Assembly: GCA_964188305.1 (NCBI GenBank)
Contig: OZ076893.1
DNA length: 64,000 nt
Direction: 5' to 3' (one strand)
Origin: Podarcis bocagei
Taxonomy: Eukaryota
In this document: in pieces, positions 12,674 through 24,242 of the stretch
Position numbering within the stretch: position 1 is the stretch's first letter
How the letters are laid out: each line of letters starts with the position of its first letter
Notes under the pieces: model-generated
The model's input: the letters and a program-made list of their open reading frames with translations, nothing else
What the model was told of the DNA's origin: nothing
The model's database searches: none
Translations under genes and position numbers: made by a program

Positions 12674-13375
12674 AAAGAACACACACATATATGAAATAAC
12701 ATTAGTAAAACAAATCAGCAATAGCTCTATATCCAAAAATTGTTGTAACAGGGAACATAAAATGTGTAGTTTTTACTTTCATTAATTGTTAATGATATCC
12801 AGTGCTTTTTTCAGCTGGAGTGCGCTGGAGTGCAGTTCTGGCACCTCTCAGGTGGGCGCCCCACTTCATGCCTTTACATATTTCTGAGAAGCCCCAAACT
12901 AACATTTCAAGTCAAAATGGAAGCTGCCCAGTGTGTGCGAGTCTACACTTTTTTAAGATCTGTGACTCCACCCAGCTCCTAGCCGCTCTTAGCCATGATT
13001 GGTCAAGGTTAGGACTTAACTACAGGACTAATTCATACTTCCTTTTCTTCAATCCATCTGCTGTGTAGCGGCAGTGGGCTTTAAGCTGTCCCGCCAGCCT
13101 TCTACCATTGCATGAGTGTGCGTTTGTGCAAGGGCCCTTCTGAGCTGCCCTAGCCATCCGCCTGTATCTAAGAGAGCAAGGGAGGCAGGGGTACATTTAT
13201 CTTTCATCCTATCCATATTCTGTGTCTAACACTAAGGCTAAATCCTGGGACATTTGGTACTAGATTTGGGAATATGGAGCATAAATACTATTATAGACTA
13301 ATGCCATTGTTATCTCATTGTCTAAACTAATACTATCCTTCAGGCAAATAAAGGTATAGTGAAACAAATCTAGAA

Positions 13376-13684
13376 ATTATTATTATTATTAATTTATTTA
13401 TACCCTGCCCATCTGGCTGGGTTTCCCCAGCCACTCTGGGTAGCTCCCAACTGAATATTAAAAACACAATACAGCATTAAACATTAAAAACTTCCCTAAA
13501 TAGGGCTGCCTTCAGATGTCTTTTTAAAGTAAGATTATTGCCTTGACATCTGCTGGGAGCGTGCCTCTACCAAGAAGACCCTCTGCCTGGTTCCCTGTAA
13601 CCTCACTTCTCGCAATGAGGGAACCGCCAGAAGGCCCTTGGCGCTGGACCTCAGTGTTTGGGCTGAACGATGGGGGTGGAGACG
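13376..13684 (-). mobile_element. L2-like LINE 3' fragment
   Basis: (ATT)n tail followed by sequence homologous to 6645-6860. Confidence 0.65.
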
Positions 13685-14099
13685 AAGTTCCAAAATTATG
13701 GGTCAGACTACACATCTAGTAAAGAAAATGAAATGATAACTAAATCCTACCCCCTGGAAACAAAGGAGAATTAATTATATATATTTTAAAATATTTCTTC
13801 TAATTTCAGTGAGTTATTAAAGACAGTTACCAACCCTCTCACACAAACAAAATTAATAAGAATTCAGAAACCTGGTCCTAATGAACTCCATGTTGATTTG
13901 GTAAAGTTGCATTACAAAAGGAATGTGTAACCAGCATTCTCTTTCCCTTCTCCCCTAACAGTTCTAATTCAATACTTAAATAATATACAAATTTAATTAA
14001 TTTTGGGGTGGGGAAGAGAAGCAGGAATTAAAAGTAATACAATGAAACAGATTCAGGCCAAAGGTGGGCAAGCAGTATCAAGAATACTAAAATATTATA

Positions 14100-14341
14100 C
14101 AGTGGTACCTCGGGTTACATACGCTTCAGGTTACATACGCTTCAGGTTACAGACTCCGCTAACCCAGAAATTGTGCTTCAGGTTAAGAACTTTGCTTCAG
14201 GATGAGAACAGAAATTGTGCTCTGGCGGCGCGGCAGCAGCAGGAGGCCCCATTAGCTAAAGTGGTGCTTTAGGTTAAGAACAGTTTCAGGTTAAGTATGG
14301 ACCTCCGGAACAAATTAAGTACTTAACCCGAGGTACCACTG
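14100..14341. mobile_element. Tc1/mariner-superfamily MITE
   Basis: Perfect 18-bp TIR CAGTGGTACCTCGGGTTA / TAACCCGAGGTACCACTG flanked by TA; internal GCTTCAGGTTA repeats. Confidence 0.88.
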
Positions 14342-14440
14342 TAGATAGCTTGCATCACAACTTCTAGCTTTGACTAACTGGCTAAACATGGGGAAATGCT
14401 GTAAAACATAACATTTTCAGTGACAGTGATTATCAATATA

Positions 14441-14509
14441 TCTTAGTCAGTAGAGCTTGAGACTCTTAACCTCAGGGCCATGGTCCCTTCCAGCTCTATG
14501 ATTCTATGA
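14441..14509 (+). mobile_element. Internally deleted tRNA-Lys-derived SINE with CR1-type tail
   Basis: GTAGAGCTTGAGACTCTTAACCTCAGGG resembles the tRNA-Lys(CTT) D and anticodon arms; ends in GGTCCCTTCCAGCTCTATGATTCTATGA. Confidence 0.65.
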
Positions 14510-15859
14510 ATATTGGTACAGAGAACCCCCCCCCCCAAAAAAAATACTAGAAAATATGTAATATCAACTAATACCAAAGGACACCATAATCTTGGCTGCA
14601 AAATATCATATTAGATAAAACACTATAGTATTTTGGGGAAACAAGACTTCAGTAAGAGTCAGCCTAGTTATTGTACAGGAGATAATACACAACAACAATC
14701 TTCAGGTGAGCTTTTTCTCTTAACTCAAAAAGCAGACTCGGAGGTTGTACCTGGAAGTGCAAAGGAGTACTGCCTCTTTCTCTTCCTGCTGTTTGCTGAA
14801 AACAAGCCTCCCTGGTTGTATTCTCATTCATGGAGAGATAGGGGGAGAAAATCAGCTTGGAGATTTTTGAATGAACAAATGGTAGGAATGAAAAAACAAT
14901 AGTAAATGCTAATCTTCCCTTTATTAAAGCCCATATGAGCTGCTCCTGTTCCTGATGATGATGGTTCCCAACAAGATTAAAAGTTATCTCTCTACCTACT
15001 TAATTGCACCATGTGGTGCTGCACTTGCAGGATGTGACAACACAACCAGCCCTTCCTCAGAACACCATTGGGTGGGTGGGTGCTGTGAAGTGACGTGAGC
15101 AGAAAGACATGAATTGCTATGTGGCTCCAAGCCAAGGACGGCCACCTGAGAAAAGGTGAAAGTGGGTGTAGAATGACAATCTCTCCTTTTAGAAATTGCC
15201 ATTCTCAATTTCAAGCAAATCTCGAGTATTGGAATGTGCCATTCAGGTAGGAATGAGTGTCAAGACTGAGTTCAGTGTTCGCTTCCTCCTCCTGCCTTGA
15301 AGAGCTGATAGTTGCTCATCCCTTCTTCCCATAAAGTATCATCTGATTTCCTGATTTCCTCCCCATCATGCCTTTAGAGTTGTGAATGGTAGCAGCATTT
15401 GAGAGTTTAATACTCTGTAGATTTGTGAAAGAAGTATTTTACCGAATGGATTATAAGTGGACATAGTGTGGGAGTCAAAGTATGTGACGCATGTATTTGG
15501 ATCATTTTAGTGTCAGTTTTCTGTTGACACTCAGGTGTTGTGTAAGGGGTTGCTGACCTGTATAAAAATCTTTGAGCCAAAAAAGACACACCTGTTCCCA
15601 CTGTCCATATATTGTTATTCTATCTTCATTTAAAAAAAATTAATGGATGGTAGATTAAAAGCATCATAAGTGATATCGGAGTGGAAAATTTTGAGAACCA
15701 TTCTTTCCAGATCCTATGGTTAGAGAACAAGAAAAGATTAGGTAAGTAATCTAGGACTTGTTAAGTGAAAAGATAACCAAAACATAGACTCTTGACCCAG
15801 TGTATGTTCCATTGTGGTCCATGACACCCTTTCCAAGCCCTGAATCAGCAGCAAAACAT

Positions 15860-16760
15860 TGTGACTTTATAAGAACACCTGTGGGAAACCTACAAATAGG
15901 ACCTGAGCTCAAAAGCACCCTCGCATCCCGTGGATTCCAGCAACTGGTATTCAAAAGCATTACTGCCTCTAGCTGTGGAGGCAGAGCATAACCATTATTG
16001 GTAACAGCCTTCAATAGCCCTTTCCTCCATGAATTTGTCTAATCCTCTTTTAAAGCCATCTGATTTATCATCACTGCGTCCTGTAGACTTGCGTTCCTTC
16101 ATTTAACTATGCACTGCTTGAGGACTTAGTTCCTTTTATCTGTTCTGAATCTCCCAGCGTTCAGCTTCACTGGATGTCCCTGCGTTCTAGTGTTTTGCAT
16201 AATTATATAAACTTCTATCATGTTACCTCTTACCCACCTATTCTTTAAACTATAAATTCCCAAGAGCTGCAAGTTTTCTTTGACCAAAATGGTCAAAGGC
16301 CTGGAAACGATGCCTTATGAGGAACGGCTAAGGGAGCTGGGCATGTTTAGCCTGGAGAAGAGGAGGTTAAGGGGTGATATGATAGCCATGTTCAAATATA
16401 TAAAAGGATGTCACATAGAGGAGGGAGAAAGGTTGTTTTCTGCTGCTCCAGAGAAGCGGACACGGAGCAATGGATCCAAACTACAAGAAAGAAGATTCCA
16501 CCTAAACATTAGGAAGAACTTCCTGACAGTAAGAGCTGTTCGACAGTGGAATTTGCTGCCAAGGAGTGTGGTGGAGTCTCCTCCTTTGGAGGTCTTTAAG
16601 CAGAGGCTTGACAACCATATGTCAGGAGTGCTCTGATGGTGTTTCCTGCTTGGCAGGGAGTTGGACTCGATGGCCCTTGTGGTCTCTTCCAACTCTATGA
16701 TTCTATGATTCTTCATAGAAGGGGTTGCTTGTACTCCTTGATAATTTTGTTTATTCTTTT
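15860..16760 (-). mobile_element. Older CR1 LINE 3' fragment (host of a nested insertion)
   Basis: Reverse-strand CR1-like sequence (TCCATGAATTTGTCTAATCCTCTTTTAAAGCC; TTTTCT|TCATAG junction) on both sides of 16281-16712; outer boundaries approximate. Confidence 0.6.
16281..16712 (+). mobile_element. Young 5'-truncated CR1 LINE (ORF2 C-terminus plus 3'UTR)
   Basis: Intact frame ...[32 protein letters not shown]...WNLLP...; terminal (ATTCTATG)n repeat. Confidence 0.92.
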
Positions 16761-17688
16761 TTGAATAGATCTCAGTGATCCACCAGGTGTATATAGGGAC
16801 AGGAGTTCTTTCAGAAAACAAGGTCCTGAGTTGTTTTCATGGCTTTGTTTCCTATATATTTAAATAATTTACCATGAAGTGCTCAAACCTCTTAAATGCT
16901 CTTGAGATACGGAGGGAGACTGAAACCACTGTGCCTTCTGATGTCTTCCTCTACCAACACGCACATACATAAATTATTTTATTTGTATGCCTCTTTTCCA
17001 CAGTTCAGACCATCCTCAAGGTAGCTTACGACATAAAAAAATACATAACTACAACATAACAAAAGTAGTCATAAATAAAACATGGAACTGATAATAAAAC
17101 ATGAAACACAACCAAACTGAACAGTTTCTACATAAATCACAAGATCTAAAATAAAGATACAAAAAACCAACAGCAACAACAGCAGCAAGCCCTCATCACC
17201 CCAAAAAAGCTACACCCCAGCCCCAATCGTCTCACCTGCCGTCCTTTCCACTTTAAAATTCACTCACCAGAGCATAGAATGGGGCTGCTGGGTGCCTGAG
17301 GCCACGACCCTCTACACAGTGCAGTTATCCTATGAATAAGCACATGCACTGTTGAAACATTTAAAGCAGCCTCTCTGAATGAGCACCTTGCTACCCTAAC
17401 TGCAGATAAACCTGGGGTGCTTTATAAAACATGCAATAAACCCTACTTACATGACTATATTAATAGATAATGAATGCAATCCTCCTAATGCAATTAACAC
17501 CCCATATATTAATGCACATTGCAAGCACAAGAAAAAAGCATCAGCTTTTTAAAGTACTCCAGATGACGATGAGATTGCCTCACCATATCACTTGGGTCTA
17601 TTAAACAGGATGTGGAACTTTCAGTCCATCACATCCCTGACTCAGATTGTCTAGGCAAATATGAAAGTAAGATTATGTTAAAACGATC

Positions 17689-17730
17689 TATAGTTTTCAG
17701 TTGAGCCTCTGGGTGTCGCTGTTCACCAAT
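17689..17730 (+). promoter_or_regulatory. CSE / CTCF site (CGCT type) followed by CCAAT
   Basis: GCCTCTGGGTGTCGCTGTTCACCAAT; CGCT at 17717. Confidence 0.88.
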
Positions 17731-17920
17731 TTGGCTACAGAACACACTGGGAGTTCCATAAATTCTCTACTGTATAAACAGAAAATATCTGCATGACCAT
17801 ACTTGCACACACATTGCAGGGAGTGTAATAGGAGCAACTTTAAATAAAAAACAACAGCATTTATTTCATACTCAAAAACGTCTGAGCCAGAATAAGTGGC
17901 ATTTATCCTGTTGCAAGAAA

Positions 17921-20347
17921 ATGGGAGGAAACCAGAAGCAATGGAGCTGTAAAGAGACAATCTTTTTGCCATGCTTCATATTGATGTTCATTTTGAAGAC
18001 AGTTTCTGCACAACTTCATTATTCCATTCCAGAGGAGATGCAGAAAGGCTCTTTTGTGGGAAATATTGCAAAGGATCTAGGAATGGATGGAAATAATCTT
18101 TCAAACCGTGAGCTCCGGATTCTTACCAGAACAGGTATGATTCAGTATTTTACCTTGAACTACAACAGTGGTCATTTACAAACCACTGAGAGAATTGACA
18201 GAGAAGAAATTTGTGCATGGGCAGAGAAGTGCAAATTAAATTTTCAGGTTATTGTTGAGAGTAAAAGAAAACTTTATGGAGTTGAAGTGGAAATTACTGA
18301 TATAAACGATAATGCTCCCCACTTTCCTCCAGGACAACTGGAGGTGAAAATTAATGAAATATCTATAAAAGGGTCTCGGTTTCCTCTGCCTGATGCTACT
18401 GATCCAGATCTGGGGATAAATTCTGTTCAGAATTACCAACTCACAGGCAGCGTGCATTTTTCTCTGGATGTTCAAACAGGAGAAAATGGTCCCAAACATG
18501 CTGAGCTGGTGCTGGAAAAATCTTTGGACAGAGAGGAACAGTCAGTTTATGATCTAATTCTTATGGCTATGGATGGGGGTGATCCTGTCAGGACTGGCAC
18601 TGCCCAAATTCAAGTCATTGTTTTAGATGTAAATGACAACGCACCAATTTTTAGCCAACCAGTCTATGAAATCAGCATTGAGGAGAACATTCCCAAAGGG
18701 TCCATAGTCTGTGCAGTCAAAGCCACTGATCTGGATGAAGGAATCAATGGAGAGGTGAAATACTCCTTCAAAAAAACCACAAAAAAGGATTCACAAATGT
18801 TTCTTTTAAATTCAACAACTGGCATAATAACCCTCATGGGAAACTTGGACTTTGAGACATCATCCTTCTATGAATTTGAGGTGCAAGCCATGGATGGGGG
18901 TGGTCTAAGTGACAGGTCAAAGGTTGTGATCATGGTCACAGATCTGAATGACAATGCACCAGAATTAACTGTGACCTTTCTGACCAACTCCATTCAGGAG
19001 AACTCATCAACCGGAACAGTTATTGCTATTATAAATGTAGAAGATCACGATTCTGGAATCAATAGTGAGGTCACATGCACAATTCCCAGAAACCTCCCGT
19101 TTCAGCTAAAACAATCCATAGACAACTTTTATAGTTTGGTGACAGATGGCCCCCTTGACAGAGAACAAGTGGCAGACTACAACATCACCATCACAGTAAC
19201 TGATCATGGAATGCCTTCTCTTTCTACAGCCACCATCATAGCTCTGCACATTTTAGACACAAATGATAACCCACCTCACTTTGCAAGATCAGATTACAAG
19301 TCATTTTTCATGGAAAATAATCAGAGAGGAGCATCCATCTTTTCTCTAAATGCAAATGATCCAGACTGGGAAGAGAACTCCAGAATAACTTATTCCATCA
19401 TAGAAAGTCAAGTGACTGGCTCCCCTCTCTCCTCATACCTCTCCATTAACTCTGAAACAGGGGTCATCTATGCTCTGTGTTCTTTTGACTATGAAGAGAT
19501 CAGGGAGATTAAGTTCCTGGTCAAGGCTCAGGACGGAGGTTCTCCACCACTCAGCTCCAACGTCTCAGTGACTCTCTTCATCCTGGACCAGAATGACAAT
19601 GCTCCTCAAATCCTTTACCCTTCCCCTCCCACTGATGGCTCCACGGGGATAGAGCTGGCCCCTCGCTCCTCTGAGCCAGGCTACCTGGTCACTAAGGTGG
19701 TGGCCGTGGATGCGGACTCTGGCCAGAATGCCTGGCTCTCCTACCAGCTGATCAAGGCCACTGAGCCAGGGCTCTTCACTCTGGGGCTCCACACGGGAGA
19801 GATCAGGACGGCCCGCTTCTTTCTGGAGAAAGATGCCCTCAAGCAAAGCCTGGTGGTTTTGGTCAAGGACAATGGGCAGCCTCCAATGTCGGCATCAGTC
19901 ACTGTCACTGTGGTCTTGGCTGACAGCATCCCTGACATGCTGACTGATCTGAGCAGTGTCCCAGTATCTGAAGACCCACAGTCAGATCTCACCTTCTACT
20001 TGGTGACTGCAGTGGCTTTTGTCTCCTGCTTGTTCCTCGCCTTCCTCCTTGTGTTACTGGCACTCAAACTTCGCAGGTGGAAAAATTCTCAGCTGTCTGA
20101 TAATGCAAGTTTGAATTTCAGTGGTGCACCAGTTTCACAGTTTGTGGGGATTGACGGAGTCCGGGCATTTCTTCAGTCTTATTGCCATGAGGTTTCACTG
20201 ACTTCAGGCTCTCGGAAAAGTCAGATTCTTTTTCCAGTCGGAAGCTGTACCAATACTCTGACACCACAACAGGCTCCGGATAAGCCAGGCCCTGTGTTAC
20301 TCATAGGTGATTCTAACACAGGTACGGAGGAGGCAGCAATCCATCAG
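17921..20347 (+). CDS. PCDHGA: Protocadherin gamma-A-like variable exon 3 (type-I tail)
   Basis: 812-aa ORF; donor CAG|GTGAGC after 20347 (809 codons). Confidence 0.93.
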
Positions 20348-20787
20348 GTGAGCACATAAGTTTCAGTACTTCCTATTTGATCTCCCAGTATTCTAAAATG
20401 CATAGGAAACTTTCCTGAGTACAAAAGGTTTCCTGGCTCAGGCAATCACCATCCAGGACTGGGAGACTAAGAAGAACCACAGCATGGTGTAGATTGCACA
20501 TCTCTTCCCGAGGCCCCTCCTTTGCATGTTTAGCTAAAGCTAAGGATGCATTCCTGAAGGCTGCTAGTGCCATTGTTTAATAATGATTAACAAGGTCTCT
20601 AGAACAGTTTGGTTTACCAGAACTTTTGGTAGCAGGGCTCTCTCTCCATGGCAGTAGCACAGAGGTGGATAACCAGTGGGCTGCATGCACCCTCCACATC
20701 TGTCAGTGCAGTCCCCCAAACTGCCTATACCTTCCTGATCCTGCCAAAGAGAAACACCACTACCGGAGACGGGGTGGGGTGGGGAAT

Positions 20788-21151
20788 CAGCCATATCTCA
20801 TCTACCTGGTGACTGCAGTGGCTTTTGTTTCCTGCTTGTTCATCACTTTCCTCGTGTTAGTGGTCATCAGGTTGCACAGATGGAGAAAACTGCAGCTGTT
20901 TGAGTCAAGGAGTGTGAATTTCAGTGGTGCTCCTGTCTCACAGTTTGTGGCTATTGATGGAATCCAAGCATTTATTTACTCTTATTGTGATGATCTTTCT
21001 CTTACCACTGACTTTATGAAAAAACCAGTTTAACACTTCCAGGGCAAATTATTTCCATACCGCAACCAATGATCAGGCCTAGGAGGTAAAGGATCCTATT
21101 TTTGCTACTGGGTATTTAGATTGGAACAATGGAAATGAAATCAGAGACCAG
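20788..21151 (+). pseudogene. Relic gamma-A variable exon: TM plus cytoplasmic tail only (type-II tail), frameshifted
   Basis: Encodes [53 protein letters not shown], homologous to the tail of exon 41845; frameshift near 21015-21030; retained donor-like CAG|GTGTGC; no ectodomain or CSE upstream. Confidence 0.85.
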
Positions 21152-22166
21152 GTGTGCTAACTTTTTCTTCTAATTGTAAATGTAGTTACAAATCTTGACA
21201 GATAAATTTTCCATTTTTCTCTTTTCTTGACCCTTTTCAAAGCAATTAGACATGTTGGTAATTATTTTATTCCACTTATAGCTAGTATCTTATTTTACTA
21301 GTTGGGGAAATCTATATATCCAGAATTTCCCAGACATATCCAAAATTTGTCAACATCATCTGGGCAGAAATCAGAAAAATGTTGGGAAAAATCCGGGCGT
21401 ATGGCAGCCCATGTTGGCAGTTGCGATCTTGCCCAACAACTTTTCTGTCCGGATTTTCACTGTTTGAAACATGGCAACTGAAGGTCTGATTGCCTGGGAC
21501 ACAAGCCAGAAGGCACAGTGGGTGGTCTTCTCACTTTGGTGAGTGGCAAGGAGGGGAAAAGAGGGGGAAAGAAGGTAGCAGGGGGGGAGTGGCCTATTTT
21601 TTTGTCTTGGCCCCTCCCCCCAACTGTGCCCACATTTGGCTTCAGCCCTGTCCACCACTGGCTTTTGTCTTGCCCAGCATCTGCATATGGCCCCTGGCAG
21701 ATTACCTTTGGCCCCCTGTTCTGTTCTGTTGTGGAATGCCTGCCCCTTGGGAAGTCTGATTGCCCCCCCTCATTAAATGACAGGCTGTGAATACCTCTGT
21801 GTTCAATTACACTGTCAATTATTTCTTCCACCTCCCTGTTGGTTGATTAATTGTTTTCATTGAAGTTGTGATCTGCTTTGGAAGTCCCTGGACTAAAAGC
21901 TGAGATGAACCTATTTCGAACAAATAAATACATTTTCCTGTGGTAACATGATCTTCTGGTTCTCTTTGCCAACCACTATTCTTAAATAGGTGCAACTTGT
22001 GCCTAGTTAAGTGCAAGTAATAATTGCTCACAGTAGCATAAAGTACCTCTAAGCCTGGAAGGAAAGGGGGTGTTGCTATATGCACTTTGAGTGCTGGTGG
22101 GAATTGCATGCTGAAATAGCTGACCTATCCTGCCTGCATTACAGTTCCCAATCCCAAACCAGGAGC

Positions 22167-22300
22167 CATGTGCTAGAACTGGCCCTCCAAATGTTTTGGG
22201 ACTACAATTCCCATCATCCCTGACCACTGGTCCTGCTAGCTAGGGATGATGGGAGTTGTAGTCCCCAAAACACCTGGAGGGCTGAGTTTGGGGATGCCTG
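22167..22300. mobile_element. Palindromic MITE (copy 1)
   Basis: Hairpin GGACTACAATTCCCATCATCCCT / AGGGATGATGGGAGTTGTAGTCC. Confidence 0.7.
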
Positions 22301-23459
22301 TGCCAGAAGGAGGCATCCATCCTCTAATCTACCTTGCTGGACTGGGTCATTAGTCAAATATAGATTCATTTTGCTATGTGTATGCATTGTGTTTTAGTCT
22401 ATGCTTTTGGCTAATCTTTCTTCACTGAACAATGGTGTTACTATTCACTGATAACTCCACGTTTTCAGGTAATAAGAATTTAACCTATCAAATTAATATC
22501 AACAATAAGACCGATAGAATGATAGAAAATCATTCCGAATCTATGATTGCATTCAAGTCAAGTGTGGATATAAGCACTTCTGGATATATCTTAGACCCCC
22601 AAAAGAAAGTTTCTTATCACTCAAATCCTCTCCGCTGAATGGCTCTGCACTGATACAATAATGGCAGAAAGAAAGTTCTCAGTTCAAAACAACTACTGTT
22701 ACTACTACTACTATTACTACTACGATTAATTATGACATTTCAGTTTACAGTCTGACAAACTGAAATTCTGGCAGAGTAGTGCACACTTTGAGTGCACTTG
22801 AGTAGAAGCTTTTTCTTCATGTCATAAACATTCCTGATTAATTACAGTAAACTTCCGCATGTGCCAAAGCAATCCAAAAATGCAATACATCTAACAAATC
22901 TTTTATCTTCAGATATAAGTTTCATTGAGTTTATACTCAGGTAAGTTGGTATAGGATTGCAATGTAAAAACTGTAATAAAATCTTACTAGCAAAGGTTGA
23001 ATAGAATTAAGTAACAATACTATGAAAACAGAAATGAAAAACCAATTATTCAAAAGGATCATATGGGTCTTCTTGGGAAATACCATTGAAAAGCATCCAA
23101 AAAAGTCAAAGGGAGAATATTGAATAATTCACCACCTAAGGAATTAGGAATCATCACACAGAATCGTAAGGAAAGATGTATCACCCAAAACTTCCTCTAG
23201 TGCAGCAGTGGCCAGCCAGATGCCACAGGGAAGATTACAAACATATGGGAAAAATGTCAAATGAATATGCATGCCTAAAGAATGAAAGAGTTATCCTGTG
23301 CTAAAGTGAATTTAAATTTCTTTTTCAGCATTTTATTATGGCCAAAAGAACAGAAATAAAGCACACAATGCACCAAAATCTTAAAGAAAGAACAAATTTA
23401 AAAAATTAAAACAAGTTCATAATTAAATAAAGGCCAAATCACCAGAATTCTGGCAGGGA

Positions 23460-23672
23460 TAGGGTTGCCAGGGCATCCCACAATTGTTTTTAGGAAAACC
23501 TGAAAGTTGTTGAGCTTTTTCTAGACAAAAACACCCCTAAAACCGTGATTTTGTGATTGACTTGCCTAAGAACGAGGACAAAGCGCCAACTCTTTGAAAT
23601 TCCCCCAAGATGTCAATTCCGCCTTTGAAATCCCAGTAACGTCCAGGGAAATCCGAACGTATGGCAGCCCTA
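23460..23672. mobile_element. hAT MITE (copy 1)
   Basis: TIR TAGGGTTGCCA / TGGCAGCCCTA; 8-bp TSD GGCAGGGA. Confidence 0.85.
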
Positions 23673-23975
23673 GGCAGGGATGTAGGCTTCCTGAATTATT
23701 GCATGGTTTTCTTCTGCTGGCAACTGCTTGTGTTTATGCTCCATCAAAAACACCCTAAAGTGTCATTATCATCTACCAGGAAAAGCAATAAAAATATTAA
23801 AATAACAGTTTGTATGCAATGAAAAAGAAATCTGAATTAAGCTTATGTGACTTCTAATCAAGTGATACTAAAGTACATTTGGACAACCAGTGAAAGAATT
23901 TTTACTCATTCACAATTCTCCATAGATATCAGGGGGAAATAGCAATATAGAATTATAAACATGAAAATAAGCAAA

Positions 23976-24016
23976 TACAGTTCCCCATGTGGACTCAGAG
24001 TGTCACTGTTGGACAA
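23976..24016 (+). promoter_or_regulatory. CSE / CTCF site of B1 (CACT variant)
   Basis: TACAGT...GGACTCAGAGTGTCACTGTTGGAC; CACT at 24004. Confidence 0.8.
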
Positions 24017-24242
24017 CGTGGGAGCAGCCATGGCTCCAGCATTTCGGAGACTCTTAGAGCAGTGTCTCTCAACACTTCAGCTGAGCAGAAAGGAAAAGCT
24101 TTTATTTTAAAAGCTGCTCAAGAAAGGAAAGCTCTCAGTTTCCCAAAGATCAGCTGAAAAGAAGAATATTTCTATTATCTCAAATAAGTGTACTGGGAGT
24201 CTTGAAAACTGTACTGAAAGAAGGAAGAAATCAGGAAATGCA

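Noticed and set aside
12340-12785. ORFs spanning X runs
   Set aside because: Artifacts of the N gap
14113-14200. Short spaced repeats (GCTTCAGGTTA) resembling an array or CRISPR
   Set aside because: Subterminal repeats inside a TA-flanked MITE in vertebrate DNA; no unique spacers
14441-14509. tRNA-Lys gene
   Set aside because: Lacks the acceptor stem and T-arm and is fused to a CR1 tail, so it is a SINE remnant
16280-16636. 118-aa host gene
   Set aside because: It is the C-terminus of CR1 ORF2 with no native start
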